Shown piece by piece: positions 30,000 through 40,312 of a stretch of DNA of 64,000 nucleotides; positions within the stretch are counted from its first letter, which is position 1; the number at the start of each line of letters is the position of its first letter. The DNA is taken from positions 32,001 through 96,000 of IMG/VR virus record IMGVR_UViG_3300024518_005299; one strand, given 5' to 3'. Origin of the DNA: a virus. The position numbers and the translations under genes are program-made. Below the pieces are notes generated by a model that saw only the letters and a list, made by a program, of their open reading frames with translations, ran no database searches and had not been told where the DNA came from.

Positions 30000-32900
30000 C
30001 AAAAAAATGGCGCATTTACATTGTCATACCCGTCATTCTTTTTTAGATGGTCAATCTTCTATAAAAAAATTGGTTGCTAGAGTAAAAGAATTAGGGATGG
30101 AGTCTTTGGCGGTTACCAACCATGGTAATATATTTTGCTGTGTTGAGTTTTATCAAGAGTGTAAAAAGGTAGGCATCAAACCCATCATGGGTATGGAAGC
30201 CTATCTTACTGATGATCACGCGAATAAAACTAGGCATGCTCATCACCTTATTCTACTAGCTGAGAATGAGATTGGTTGGAATAATATTGTACGATTGACA
30301 ACTAGAGCTAATGAAAACACTTATTACAAGCCCCGAATTGACTTTAAGGATCTAGCTGAACATAAAGAAGGATTGATTGTTCTCACAGCTTGTATGGCTG
30401 GCCCTGTATCATATTGGTTATTTGATAAGATGACGTGGGCAAAACCAGGTGAGGAGTCTGTACTAAAAGAGGCAGCCAATATACCAAAAGCCTACGAATA
30501 CTTGAGAGAGCTAGTAAAGATAATTGATTCAGACAACCTCTTCTTAGAAGTGCAAGATGGAGGTATTCCAGAGCAGCTTATTATTAATGACCGACTGCGT
30601 AAAATGGCAGCAGAATTTAATCTACCAGTAGTAGCAACCCAAGACTCCCATTACGTATATAAAGAAGATGCTGCGGCGCACGGTTTTTTAAAGGCAATAG
30701 CGTGGGGTAAGGCTGGAGTTCCAGCAGGAGAGAGTGGATTCTCGACCGAAGAATTCTACATTAAGTCTAGAGAGGAATGGCTGGAGGGCTCGGATCTTAC
30801 CGAAGCAGAAGTGGATAAGACGCATGAGATTGCTTCTAGATGCAATGTTACACTACCACTTCATCAGATGCGACTACCCAAATATCCCACTACAGACCCA
30901 CGCCCTTCTATTGAAATACTAAAAGAGAGGGCGCGCAAGGGTTGGACGCGTCGTAAAATTGAGGATAAGAATGAAGTATATGCCAAACGAGCTAAGCATG
31001 AGCTGGCTGATATTGAGCAAGCCGGTCTGGCTGATTATTTTCTTATTGTTTCTGATATTACGGACTATTGTCGTGATAATGACATTCTGCTTAGCCCCAG
31101 TCGTGGCAGTGCTGGGGGCAGTCTTATCAGTTTTCTCCTCGGGATCACACAGCTAGACCCTATTCAGTATGATTTGATTTGGGAGCGATTCTATAACGCT
31201 GGGCGTATTGGCTCGATGCCAGATATTGATACTGACGTGGAGAAGAGCCGCCGTGACGAAGTCATTGAATATATCCGCAAACGCTTTGGAGAAAAGAGAG
31301 TGGCGCAAATCGTTACCCTCTCTTCTCTAGGTGCTAAACAAGTAGTACGTGATGTTTTTAAAGTCGCGGGTGTTGATGAAAATACCAAGAATATCATAGC
31401 TGGATTGATACCAGCTAAGAATGATGACCATACTTCCATTAGCTTGGCAGAAGCCATTAAGGCAGTTCCCAAGCTTAAAGAGTATGCGGAGGATGATGAC
31501 AAGTTTGACATTAAAAGGTATGGAAGGGTTATTCGAACAACGTCCTGGAGGGAGCTGTTTGACATCGCCCAACGTTTAGAGGGGTGCTATAAGACTTCTG
31601 GGGTGCATGCCGCTGCAGTTGTTATTGCCGATGATGATTTTGATAATGCTGGTATACCTTTGGTAAGAGCGAAGGGTGAAGATAATAAGCCAAAAATGAT
31701 CTGTGGATGGGACATGGATACCATTGATACTTTTGGGTTGTTGAAGGTGGATATGTTAGGGCTCGCTACTCTAGATGTTCTTAGGTCTGCCCTTGCAATG
31801 ATCAAGGCTCGTCACGTAGAGCATGCGGATATGCCTAAACCTCAAGAGTTTTTGAATAATTTAAAGCTAGATGATAAGAAAGTTTTTGAGGTACTACTAC
31901 ATGGTCATACTCAAGGGGTTTTTCAACTAGAATCGAACTTAGGTAAGTCATGGTCTAAGAAATGTAAACCAACTAATATTGAAGAGATTGCAGAATTGAC
32001 AGCGATTATTCGTCCTGCGTGTTTGGATACGGGGATGGCGGAGACTTATGCTAAAATTAAGAAGGGAGAGGAAAATCCAAGCTATATCCATCCTATCCTT
32101 AAGCCAATTTTGGAACCTACTCTAGGTATCTTGCTTTATCAAGAACAAGTTATGGCTATTTGCCAGGTTGTTGCTGGTATGGATCTTAAAGAAGCTGATA
32201 TAGTTCGTAAGGTTGTGGCTAAAAAGAAGCCTGAAGAGCTGAAGGAGAAGAAGGCGCGCTTCTTACAGGGTGCTAAAAAGACTGTACCAGTTGAGGTAGC
32301 TGATGAGATTTGGGGTTGGATTGAGAAACAGGCTGGGTATGGATTTAACAAATCGCATGCTGTAGGATATGCTGTTGTGGCTTATTGGACAGCTTGGGTT
32401 AAAGCTAATTATTTCTTAGAATTCATATGCGCGAATCTTAGGCATGCCAAAAATAAGGCTAACCAGCAGAGAACTCCGCAAGATGTTATAGCGTTGTTCA
32501 TTAATGACGGTAAGTTAAAAGATATTGATGTTACCCCGCCATCTTTAGTGAAGAGCGACACAGATTTTACTATTATAGATGATACTACGATTTCTTATGG
32601 TTTCTCACATATTAAGAATGTTGGCAACTCAGCGCTCAAGTCTATAAAAGCCTGCCGTAAAGCACAATCCTTTGCTGATTTTTTAAGATTAGCCATGGCT
32701 AATAAGATGAACAAGCAGGTTATTGAGGCGTTGATTTGTGCCGGGGCATTGGATAGCTTTGGCGTCTCTAGAAGGAGCATGAAGGCTCAGTATACCCTCT
32801 GGGCTGCCACGACAGACAAAGAGCGTGAGCAACTGGCTGGTCTCTCAGGGGCGTTCCTGGAGCGATTGGAGGCCCTGGTGGACGAGAGCACGATAGAGTC

Positions 32901-33384
32901 GCGGAAGGCAAATAAAATCAAGGTTCCTAATGTAAATCGACGTCTTAAATTAAGAGAATTAATTAAAGACTTCCAGAAAGAACCACGTAGGGATACCATC
33001 GCTCAGATTCTAATGTGGGAAAAGCATTACTTAGGAGCCACTTTGTCTGGCAGTATGGCTGATCTCAATGTAGCTATGAGCGGCGCGCGTAACACTTGTA
33101 TAGAGCTGGGCGCTGGTAAGATTCCCGTTGGGGGATATGTTGATCTTTGTGTTGTTGTAGAGGATATGAGGGAAGTGACGGTCAAGCGCGGTAAAACGCA
33201 AGGTCGTCAGATGGCATTTATTACGCTAAGTGACTCCACTTATAGTCTAGATGGCTCTTGTGCTTTCCCTGATTTGTATGATGACATAAAAACTGCTGGC
33301 ATTGACGCAGGTGATGTAGTGTTAGCGAGAGGAAAGGTTTCTGATTGCGGTGGATTAATCATTAATAAGATGAGGTTATTGTAA
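29992..33384 (+). CDS. dnaE: DNA polymerase III alpha subunit (family C, DnaE)
   Basis: PHP HLHCHTRHSFLDG, SPSRGSAGGSL, MPDIDTD, LLKVDMLGL, GVFQLES, LYQEQVM, YGFNKSHA, C-terminal OB fold MAFITLSD. True start ATG 29992 after a GAGG SD. Confidence 0.95.
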   Translation: MSDKKMAHLHCHTRHSFLDGQSSIKKLVARVKELGMESLAVTNHGNIFCCVEFYQECKKVGIKPIMGMEAYLTDDHANKTRHAHHLILLAENEIGWNNIVRLTTRANENTYYKPRIDFKDLAEHKEGLIVLTACMAGPVSYWLFDKMTWAKPGEESVLKEAANIPKAYEYLRELVKIIDSDNLFLEVQDGGIPEQLIINDRLRKMAAEFNLPVVATQDSHYVYKEDAAAHGFLKAIAWGKAGVPAGESGFSTEEFYIKSREEWLEGSDLTEAEVDKTHEIASRCNVTLPLHQMRLPKYPTTDPRPSIEILKERARKGWTRRKIEDKNEVYAKRAKHELADIEQAGLADYFLIVSDITDYCRDNDILLSPSRGSAGGSLISFLLGITQLDPIQYDLIWERFYNAGRIGSMPDIDTDVEKSRRDEVIEYIRKRFGEKRVAQIVTLSSLGAKQVVRDVFKVAGVDENTKNIIAGLIPAKNDDHTSISLAEAIKAVPKLKEYAEDDDKFDIKRYGRVIRTTSWRELFDIAQRLEGCYKTSGVHAAAVVIADDDFDNAGIPLVRAKGEDNKPKMICGWDMDTIDTFGLLKVDMLGLATLDVLRSALAMIKARHVEHADMPKPQEFLNNLKLDDKKVFEVLLHGHTQGVFQLESNLGKSWSKKCKPTNIEEIAELTAIIRPACLDTGMAETYAKIKKGEENPSYIHPILKPILEPTLGILLYQEQVMAICQVVAGMDLKEADIVRKVVAKKKPEELKEKKARFLQGAKKTVPVEVADEIWGWIEKQAGYGFNKSHAVGYAVVAYWTAWVKANYFLEFICANLRHAKNKANQQRTPQDVIALFINDGKLKDIDVTPPSLVKSDTDFTIIDDTTISYGFSHIKNVGNSALKSIKACRKAQSFADFLRLAMANKMNKQVIEALICAGALDSFGVSRRSMKAQYTLWAATTDKEREQLAGLSGAFLERLEALVDESTIESRKANKIKVPNVNRRLKLRELIKDFQKEPRRDTIAQILMWEKHYLGATLSGSMADLNVAMSGARNTCIELGAGKIPVGGYVDLCVVVEDMREVTVKRGKTQGRQMAFITLSDSTYSLDGSCAFPDLYDDIKTAGIDAGDVVLARGKVSDCGGLIINKMRLL

Positions 33385-33614
33385 TGAAGTATATGGAATA
33401 TAAAGAAGTTAGGGCGCCAGATCAAGTTTTAGTGCATCTAGAAAAGAAGGCAATGGAGGTAGGACAGGATCCGAGCTTGTTCTGGCAAGAGGCTGGCTAT
33501 TATGATTTTCTGACTGAGCTTTCCAAAGACGGGTGGCGTCCTGTTTGGGTTAGCTTGCGCTTCCCGCTTATTGTGGTAGAGCGTGAAGTAATTAAAGAAG
33601 AAATCGAGAAATAG
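33384..33614 (+). CDS. Hypothetical protein, 76 aa
   Basis: TAATG overlap with the dnaE stop. Confidence 0.55.
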   Translation: MKYMEYKEVRAPDQVLVHLEKKAMEVGQDPSLFWQEAGYYDFLTELSKDGWRPVWVSLRFPLIVVEREVIKEEIEK

Positions 33615-33645
33615 CGCACGATTTTATTTTTTTGACACATAATAG
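33615..33645 (+). promoter_or_regulatory. Phage promoter motif copy 3 (CGCACGA-N14-CACATAATAG)
   Basis: Intergenic exact match. ATG 33650 lies 6 nt after CATAAT. Confidence 0.75.
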
Positions 33646-33649
33646 GGAT

Positions 33650-34156
33650 ATGGCTGAAATTGTCACAACTATTGATGGTATCCACGGTGATATCAAAATT
33701 GCCATTTATGATGGCGAAGAAAAACAAACCATGGAATTTAAGTGGTGTGTTTTTGATGAAGATGGGTCAACAGGATTTATGACATCTTTTGCCCAGCATC
33801 CTATCGTAGTTACTGAGGTTGCTGCAGAACAATTTGTGCGGATCATCCTTAATAGTTTGATACGAACCTTTGAACTTTCGAAAGAAGATTTAAAGATTAT
33901 TAATCATTTCGGGGAGTTGATCCCTGATGTACAATTTTTGCCTCCAACCTTTCAAGGGAACGAGTCTGACATTATGGCGCTAGTAGCTCAACAAGATAGC
34001 TTATTAAAACTTTATGCTATGTATGAAGAGATCAACGTCTTAAATGAAGACCTCGTAGACCTAGCAAGGGAGGAAGGTATTTTAGATGATTTCTTAAGCC
34101 TTATTCAAATACGAGCTTCGGGAGTCTTTTTAGCGGTGAAAAAACCAAGTCAATAG
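33650..34156 (+). CDS. Hypothetical protein, probably leaderless (start ATG 33650)
   Basis: In-frame ATG at the predicted +1 of the promoter motif. Confidence 0.55.
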   Translation: MAEIVTTIDGIHGDIKIAIYDGEEKQTMEFKWCVFDEDGSTGFMTSFAQHPIVVTEVAAEQFVRIILNSLIRTFELSKEDLKIINHFGELIPDVQFLPPTFQGNESDIMALVAQQDSLLKLYAMYEEINVLNEDLVDLAREEGILDDFLSLIQIRASGVFLAVKKPSQ

Positions 34157-34166
34157 GGAGTTAACA

Positions 34167-34574
34167 ATGGATCAAGGTTTCGGACTAGTTGTGGGTCGTC
34201 TAACGGGCGACCCTGTAATCAAAGGAGAGGAGAACCCAGAGAAGCAACGGGCTCTCTTCACAGTAGCCTTTAATCGTGGGCGTGCTGATAATCGGAAGTC
34301 GAATTTTTTCGACTGTATTGCTTGGGGTAAGCGTGCAGATATTATGCGCGATTTTCGTAAGGGGTTTGGGATTTCTGTAACTGGTGATCTTGAGCAGGAC
34401 ACCTTTACTAACGCGGATGGCGACAAGCGTAGCCGTTGGCAGCTAAATGTAAGTACTATTACTGCTACTCAAAATCTTCGTCGTAGCGAAGCCTCTGGTG
34501 ATAATAATAGTGAGAGTGGTGGTGAAGTGCGCGTAGGCGGTTCGGCTGAACAAACTGCTGATATTCCTTACTAA
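34167..34574 (+). CDS. ssb: Single-stranded DNA-binding protein
   Basis: VGRLTGDP, FTVAFNR, FFDCIAWGKRAD, SVTGDLEQDTF, acidic tail ending DIPY. Confidence 0.9.
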   Translation: MDQGFGLVVGRLTGDPVIKGEENPEKQRALFTVAFNRGRADNRKSNFFDCIAWGKRADIMRDFRKGFGISVTGDLEQDTFTNADGDKRSRWQLNVSTITATQNLRRSEASGDNNSESGGEVRVGGSAEQTADIPY

Positions 34575-34604
34575 GTAAGGTTGGTTGTGATAACATTGTA
34601 TAAG

Positions 34605-35228
34605 ATGGAAGAATCTGTTGATAAGGTTTGTGCACAGCATCGTGGATTGATTAGATCATTGATCAATTCTGTTGTGGTGAATAATCCATCAGTTGTTGAC
34701 GTTCAAGATTTACAACAAACTGGTGCTTTGGCATTGATAGTTGCACTCCAATCATATGATCCATCAGTTGGTTCTTTACCATCTTACATTCGTCAGTGTG
34801 TCCGTCGCGCTCTTTTAGAGCAAGCTAATTCATTCTCTAGTGTTTTCACTGTGGATGAGAAGGTGCGTCGTCAAGCTAATGCCATTATTAGAATGCGCGG
34901 CGAGGGGTTGAAGGACGAAGTTATCATGACTCGGCTCGGGATTAAAACCCGGGCCACATTTTTATCTCTATTGGGACTAGTTGAAAGTCATACTGTAGAC
35001 ATTAATCAAATCGATGTAGAAGCTGAGGCTTCGGTTGAAGAAAAGAGTATCTTTAAGGTACTTGAAGAGATTGGTCTAGTTGAATCAGAAATGCAATTTA
35101 TCAATTTAGTCGTCAATAATTATTCAATGGATGAAATTATAAAAGAAATGGAGATGAGCCGTTCTCATCTTTATACAATTAAAGCATCCATTCGTGACAA
35201 GATTTTGGCATGGGGTCAGGATTACTAA
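34605..35228 (+). CDS. RNA polymerase sigma-70 family factor (regions 2 and 4)
   Basis: Region 2 VQDLQQTGALALIVALQSYDPSVGSLPSYIRQCVRRAL. C-terminal HTH YSMDEIIKEMEMSRSHLYTIKASI. Confidence 0.75.
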   Translation: MEESVDKVCAQHRGLIRSLINSVVVNNPSVVDVQDLQQTGALALIVALQSYDPSVGSLPSYIRQCVRRALLEQANSFSSVFTVDEKVRRQANAIIRMRGEGLKDEVIMTRLGIKTRATFLSLLGLVESHTVDINQIDVEAEASVEEKSIFKVLEEIGLVESEMQFINLVVNNYSMDEIIKEMEMSRSHLYTIKASIRDKILAWGQDY

Positions 35229-35249
35229 GTAGGATCGGCGAGGAATCGT

Positions 35250-38200
35250 ATGGGTATCGAGAGTAAAGAAGGTTACAAGAAACGTATTTTATTTGTTGGA
35301 GAGGCGTCGTTCCTCAACACAGGATTTTCTAACATTTATGATCAGCTATTGCCTCGACTAGCTGCAACTAATAAGTATGAGCTTGCCGAGCTTGGTTCGT
35401 ACGCTGGTGATGATGACCCAAGGATCGCAAGCCACATTAAAGGTCAGTGGAAATTCTACGGTAATAACCCTCTCACACCCGAGGAGCAGGCGGCATTCAA
35501 TCAGGAAGACCCCGCTCAACCTGGGCAGAATACTAATCAATTTGGACGTTGGAAGTTTGATGCTGTTCTAGCTGATTTTCGTCCCGACATCGTTATTGAT
35601 ATTCGAGACTGGTGGATGGTGGCGTTCCAAGAGCGAAGTCCATTTAGGAAATACTTTGGTTGGTTGGTTATGCCAACAGTGGATTCTATCCCTCAGAGAG
35701 AAGAATGGATTCGAACGTATATTGATGCTACTTATGTAATGGCATATTCCGATTTTGGTATTGATTCCTTGCGTAAGTCTTCTCCTAGGTTGGAGTTTAA
35801 ATTTGATCCCCCAGAGAAACCTGGGTTTGTTGGTCTTAATAGACCGCATGGTAAATTACACCCCAAGCCTCTGCGTCCTGGCGTAGACCTTAAGACGTTT
35901 TATCCACGGACTAACGAAGAGAAGGGGAAGTTAAAGCAAAAATGGGGTGTTAAACCTGATATTCCAATCATCGTTTTAGTGCAAAGGAATCAAGCGCGCA
36001 AGCGGATCGCGGAAGTAATCTCTTCTTTTGCCATGATGAAGAATAAATATCCAGATAATGACATGATACAAAAGTCTATCTTGTTAATGCATTCTGCATG
36101 GCCAGATAATACTTTGTCGATTGACTTTCCTAGAGAGATCAAGCGTATTCAAACAGGATATCATGGCGCTCCCGTTAGTCGTAAAGGCATTATGCAGGAG
36201 ATCCATTCGACATTCATGTGTCAAAATCAAGCATGTGGAGATGTATTTATTGCGCCATCTATCACGCTAATAAATGGCCCTGTCATTATGTGTCCTAGTT
36301 GCGGACAACAAAGCGCTCGCACTCCCACTACGGGCTTTGGCATTACTCGCGAACAGCTATCAGAAGTGTTTGGCATGGCTGATATGATGGTGCAGATGAG
36401 CATTGCAGAAGGATGTTTTGCTAAAGGAACTTTAATAACAACTAGCGAAGGATTAAAGCCAATTGAGGAGATGAAAATTGGCGATTCGATTTTGAATCAT
36501 AAAGGTGATTGGGCTCCAGTGCATGACGTTTGGGAAAATGATAATCCTGGATGTATAGAAATCAACGTTGCGGGTGATCCTAATTCTGTTATTGTTACAA
36601 AGAATCATAAGATTTATATTTCACCTACAGAAAAGAAACGAGCTGATGAGTTAACATTAGATGACTATGTAATACGTCCAATTGATATGACAGAACTTCG
36701 TCGTGATGAATTGATCGTTGAATTAGAGGACGAGGATAATGTTATGATTAATGGTAAAATGCATCATAAATCAGAACGTTATTTTAATGGATATCCTACA
36801 AAAACAACTATTAATTCTGTTGATCTTGCAAAACATGGATATTTTCTTGGTGTATATATCGCAGAAGGATCAATCACTAATCACTACGTTAGCATAGCCT
36901 TATCTAAAGATGACAATCCAGAGATGGCGCAATCAGTATATGACCTCGCTGCTGATCTAGGTGTTAAAGTTTATGATCGACCTAAAGAGAATAATGGAAG
37001 AGAGTTAACTTTTAGCTCTCACGCTTTTAGTGCGAAATTAGGATCATTATTTGGTTACAATACCAAAGATAAAAAGATTCCATTAGAGTTTATGCAAGCT
37101 CCAAAGGATGTTCAGCGAGAATTTATTGGTGGTTGGTTTGATGGAGATGGAACTCTAGAGAAGCCATTAGTTTCAACGGGTAAAATGAGTCATCGATCAC
37201 TTACTACCCACACTCAAACATTGGCATATCAATGGCGAGACTTACTTGCTCGTTTTGGTATTGTAACATATCTTTATAAAACTAAACGAAATAATTTAGA
37301 ATATGTCGTAAAGGTTTATGGTCATCAGGCTTACTTGTTTGATGTTTTGATCGAGTCTTCAAAAGCACAAAACAGTGGGTATAAACCTACCAAACATACA
37401 AGAGAGTCTTTTAAAATTAAGATAAAAAATGGTTACATTTATTACAAAATTAAAAACATAAAAGATTCTGATTATGATGATTTTACATACAATCTTACTA
37501 TTGATAAATCAAGTGAGGATAGTGACATGGTTTCTAGTTACTCGCTTGGAACATTTAGTGTTAAAAATTGTGGAATGCCAGTTCAGGAAGGCAAGGCGTG
37601 TGGCGTGCCAGCACTAGTAACAGATTACGCCGCTCTTTCTGAAAAGGGCGGCATCCCTAATTATGAACATATCAATAAAGACACCTACAATGTTCATCTA
37701 GGTGGTAAAGCTATGAAGGTTTCGCAATTATATTATGAACCAGAGACCACTACTTGGCGCGCAGCAACTTCTATGGAAGACTGTATGAATAAGATCGCTG
37801 GCATGCTTAGCTCTCCTGAGGAATTAGCACAAATGAGTTTAGACGCTCGGAAATGTGCCGAGGAACATTATGATTGGGATAAGAATTGGAAGGAGTGGGA
37901 GTTTATTTTTGATCATATCACTCCCTTAGATCGTGATACTACATGGGATAAAGAGCTGTCATTGATTGATATTGATACCACCCAGCCATCTCTAGATCTT
38001 AATGATTCTGACTTTGTTGTTTGGTGTTATACGAGACTATTAGGTTATAGCATGAATGATATCGACGAAGAGGGGCATCGTAACTGGATGCAAAAACTTG
38101 CAGTCGAGTTGCAGAGGGGTGTACCAGCCGGGAAGACCCGCAATGAAATCGCAGAATATTTCCGCCAACAGGCAGAAGCACAAAATCAGGTTGAGACACT

Positions 38201-38273
38201 ACGGGCTGGCCAAAAGGCTATCCCGGCTAGTACTACAAAATCTGACGACGCGTTTGAGGCAATTATAATATGA
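35250..38273 (+). CDS. GT-B (GT4-like) glycosyltransferase interrupted by an intein, with zinc-ribbon insert and DUF4214-like C-terminus
   Basis: DFRPDIVIDIRD, RPGVDLKTFYP, VQRNQARKR. After splicing the motif reads SIAEGCGMPVQEGKACGVPALVTD (EX7E). C-terminal FVVWCYTRLLG..DEEGHRNW. Confidence 0.85.
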   Translation: MGIESKEGYKKRILFVGEASFLNTGFSNIYDQLLPRLAATNKYELAELGSYAGDDDPRIASHIKGQWKFYGNNPLTPEEQAAFNQEDPAQPGQNTNQFGRWKFDAVLADFRPDIVIDIRDWWMVAFQERSPFRKYFGWLVMPTVDSIPQREEWIRTYIDATYVMAYSDFGIDSLRKSSPRLEFKFDPPEKPGFVGLNRPHGKLHPKPLRPGVDLKTFYPRTNEEKGKLKQKWGVKPDIPIIVLVQRNQARKRIAEVISSFAMMKNKYPDNDMIQKSILLMHSAWPDNTLSIDFPREIKRIQTGYHGAPVSRKGIMQEIHSTFMCQNQACGDVFIAPSITLINGPVIMCPSCGQQSARTPTTGFGITREQLSEVFGMADMMVQMSIAEGCFAKGTLITTSEGLKPIEEMKIGDSILNHKGDWAPVHDVWENDNPGCIEINVAGDPNSVIVTKNHKIYISPTEKKRADELTLDDYVIRPIDMTELRRDELIVELEDEDNVMINGKMHHKSERYFNGYPTKTTINSVDLAKHGYFLGVYIAEGSITNHYVSIALSKDDNPEMAQSVYDLAADLGVKVYDRPKENNGRELTFSSHAFSAKLGSLFGYNTKDKKIPLEFMQAPKDVQREFIGGWFDGDGTLEKPLVSTGKMSHRSLTTHTQTLAYQWRDLLARFGIVTYLYKTKRNNLEYVVKVYGHQAYLFDVLIESSKAQNSGYKPTKHTRESFKIKIKNGYIYYKIKNIKDSDYDDFTYNLTIDKSSEDSDMVSSYSLGTFSVKNCGMPVQEGKACGVPALVTDYAALSEKGGIPNYEHINKDTYNVHLGGKAMKVSQLYYEPETTTWRAATSMEDCMNKIAGMLSSPEELAQMSLDARKCAEEHYDWDKNWKEWEFIFDHITPLDRDTTWDKELSLIDIDTTQPSLDLNDSDFVVWCYTRLLGYSMNDIDEEGHRNWMQKLAVELQRGVPAGKTRNEIAEYFRQQAEAQNQVETLRAGQKAIPASTTKSDDAFEAIII
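36414..37568 (+). mobile_element. Intein (385 aa) with LAGLIDADG endonuclease
   Basis: Block A CFAKGTLITTSEGLKPIEEMKIGD, block B VTKNHKI, endonuclease YFLGVYIAEGS and FIGGWFDGDG, block F TYNLTI, ends VKN followed by Cys+1. Confidence 0.92.
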
Positions 38274-39472
38274 AAATTCTTTATATCGCTCCCGTAAGAG
38301 ATTTTAGTGGCTACGCTGTAGCCGCTAGGGGTTACATCCGAGCCTTGCACGAGGCGGGTGCTGATCTAGTTGTACGACCAGTACGCTACGACCAGGCAGA
38401 TACGGGTACTGGCTACCAAGTGACTGATCTTGAAAGGGAACTTCTCAAGCGTGATCTCAATAATGTAGATGTTGTGATTCAACATTTAACACCAAATGAA
38501 ATGCGCCCTATAGAGGGCAAGGTTAATATCGCCATTGTGGCATGGGAAACAACTAGAATCCCACAGTATTGGGTAGATAAACTCAATCAATTTGATTCTG
38601 TTATTACTTTCTGTCAGGCAAGTGTCGATGCTTTTAATGACTGCGGAGTCAAGGTGCCGATTTATAAAGTGCCGCACACGTTTGATATTCCTAGCTATAG
38701 TTTGGAGGGCGTGGAGCCTATTTCTGCTCCTAGTAGCCCTAATATCCTTAAGGATCGTTTTATCTTTTATAACATTAGCCAATTCTCTAGCAAGAAGGGT
38801 ATTGATGTTTTATTACGATCATACTTTGGAGCTTTTCATGGTCGTCGCGACGACGTGATGTTGATTCTAAAGACATACATCAATATGAGAGATCGTGATA
38901 AAGAACGTCAGCAGCTACTACAATATATTGATAATGTCAGAGCAGGAATGAGATTGCCCCCGGAGGGCTATCCACAAGTCATGTTGATTACTAATACATT
39001 GACTGATGAACAAATGAAAAAGATCCATGCGACGGGTGATGCATATGTATGTAGCAGTCGAGGAGAAGGCTGGAACATTCCAGCATTTGACGCACTGGCT
39101 TATGGAAACGAATTAATAACCACGTTATGGGGCGGGATGGGAGAGTTCTCTTTAGTTGATGAAGTCAGCCGTAGAGAATCTGCTGGTAGTGGGGGTGCCT
39201 GCGTGCGTGCCAATGTTCATCCAGTAGACTATTCACTAGAGCCACTAGTGGGTCAGACGCATGGTGATCCTGATCTTTACACAAGCTTTGACTTGATTGC
39301 CGAGCCTTCAATTAGCTCAATGATGTATAAAATGAAACTAGTGGTTAATAATCGTGAAGTTCAACCCGCCCCAAACTTAATGGAGTTTGATCATTCGGTA
39401 GTTGGGCCAAGAATGCTGGATGTAATTAAAAATATAGCACCTGCTAAAATATTGGAGGCAACTGATGTCTAA
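38270..39472 (+). CDS. GT4-like glycosyltransferase
   Basis: SGYAVAARGY, AWETTRIP, FYNISQFSSKKGIDVLL, GDAYVCSSRGEGWNIPAFDALAYG. Confidence 0.85.
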   Translation: MKILYIAPVRDFSGYAVAARGYIRALHEAGADLVVRPVRYDQADTGTGYQVTDLERELLKRDLNNVDVVIQHLTPNEMRPIEGKVNIAIVAWETTRIPQYWVDKLNQFDSVITFCQASVDAFNDCGVKVPIYKVPHTFDIPSYSLEGVEPISAPSSPNILKDRFIFYNISQFSSKKGIDVLLRSYFGAFHGRRDDVMLILKTYINMRDRDKERQQLLQYIDNVRAGMRLPPEGYPQVMLITNTLTDEQMKKIHATGDAYVCSSRGEGWNIPAFDALAYGNELITTLWGGMGEFSLVDEVSRRESAGSGGACVRANVHPVDYSLEPLVGQTHGDPDLYTSFDLIAEPSISSMMYKMKLVVNNREVQPAPNLMEFDHSVVGPRMLDVIKNIAPAKILEATDV

Positions 39473-39686
39473 AATATTACAGATAGAATATTTCTCAGAT
39501 CGTTTAATCGTTCATGGTGCCGCATTTGAAGACGTGCTAGTAGCACTTGGCGGCACGTGTGATAACGTTATGCGTATTATTAATGATGATAATTCGTTAT
39601 CATATGAAATTAAGAAAGATAATTATGATAAGGATATTATTTATCATAATGGCAAATTAAATAAGTCTATGCCGATATCTGAATGA
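39465..39686 (+). CDS. Hypothetical protein, 73 aa
   Basis: Overlap-coupled ORF. Confidence 0.5.
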   Translation: MSKILQIEYFSDRLIVHGAAFEDVLVALGGTCDNVMRIINDDNSLSYEIKKDNYDKDIIYHNGKLNKSMPISE

Positions 39687-40312
39687 CAAAAGCGATTAAT
39701 CTTATTGGACAGAGGTTTGGTAGACTAGTTGTGTTAACTAGATCATCAAATACTAAGACCGGTAGGACGAGATGGCAATGTCAGTGTGATTGTGATAATA
39801 CTACAGTTGTTGTGTCTGATAAGCTAAGATCTGGTAAAACCAAATCTTGTGGTTGTCTACAGCAGGAAAATCGTTTACGGGGTAGACGAACTCATGGAAT
39901 GACAAAGTCTAGAGAGTATCATATTTGGCATGGTATAAAAGCCAGATGTTATAATGCAAATAACCCCGCATACTCTCATTATGGTGGTCGGGGTATTAAT
40001 GTTTGTGATCAATGGTTACAATCATTTGAAAACTTTCTAAAAGACATGGGTCTGGCGCCATCTGATAAACATTCGATTGACCGCATTGATAATAATGGTA
40101 ATTATAAGCCCAGTAATTGTAGATGGGCGACGTTTAAAGAACAAAATAATAACAGAAGAGATAATATATTTGTAGACAGTATTACAACTTTAAAACAATA
40201 TTGTGATAAAAATCATTTACCGTATCAAACAATTCATGCGAGAATTAATAGGCATGGATGGTCAATTGAACGCGCTATAAGAAAGCCAATAAAAAAATGG
40301 AACAAAAGATAG
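39683..40312 (+). mobile_element. Free-standing HNH homing endonuclease
   Basis: [64 protein letters not shown]. Confidence 0.88.

Noticed and set aside
22005-30006. Identical MSDKK N-termini of the HNH fusion and DnaE
   Set aside because: Codons differ (GTG AGT GAT versus ATG TCT GAC), and overlap constraints favour M-S-D starts, so this is likely coincidence.
20480-33637. TTGACA inside promoter copies 1 and 3 as a sigma-70 -35 box
   Set aside because: It abuts the CATAAT element with no spacer and is absent from the other three copies.
34566-34580. Hairpin CCTTAC-taa-GTAAGG over the ssb stop
   Set aside because: 6-bp stem with a 3-nt loop and no U-run, which could be chance.
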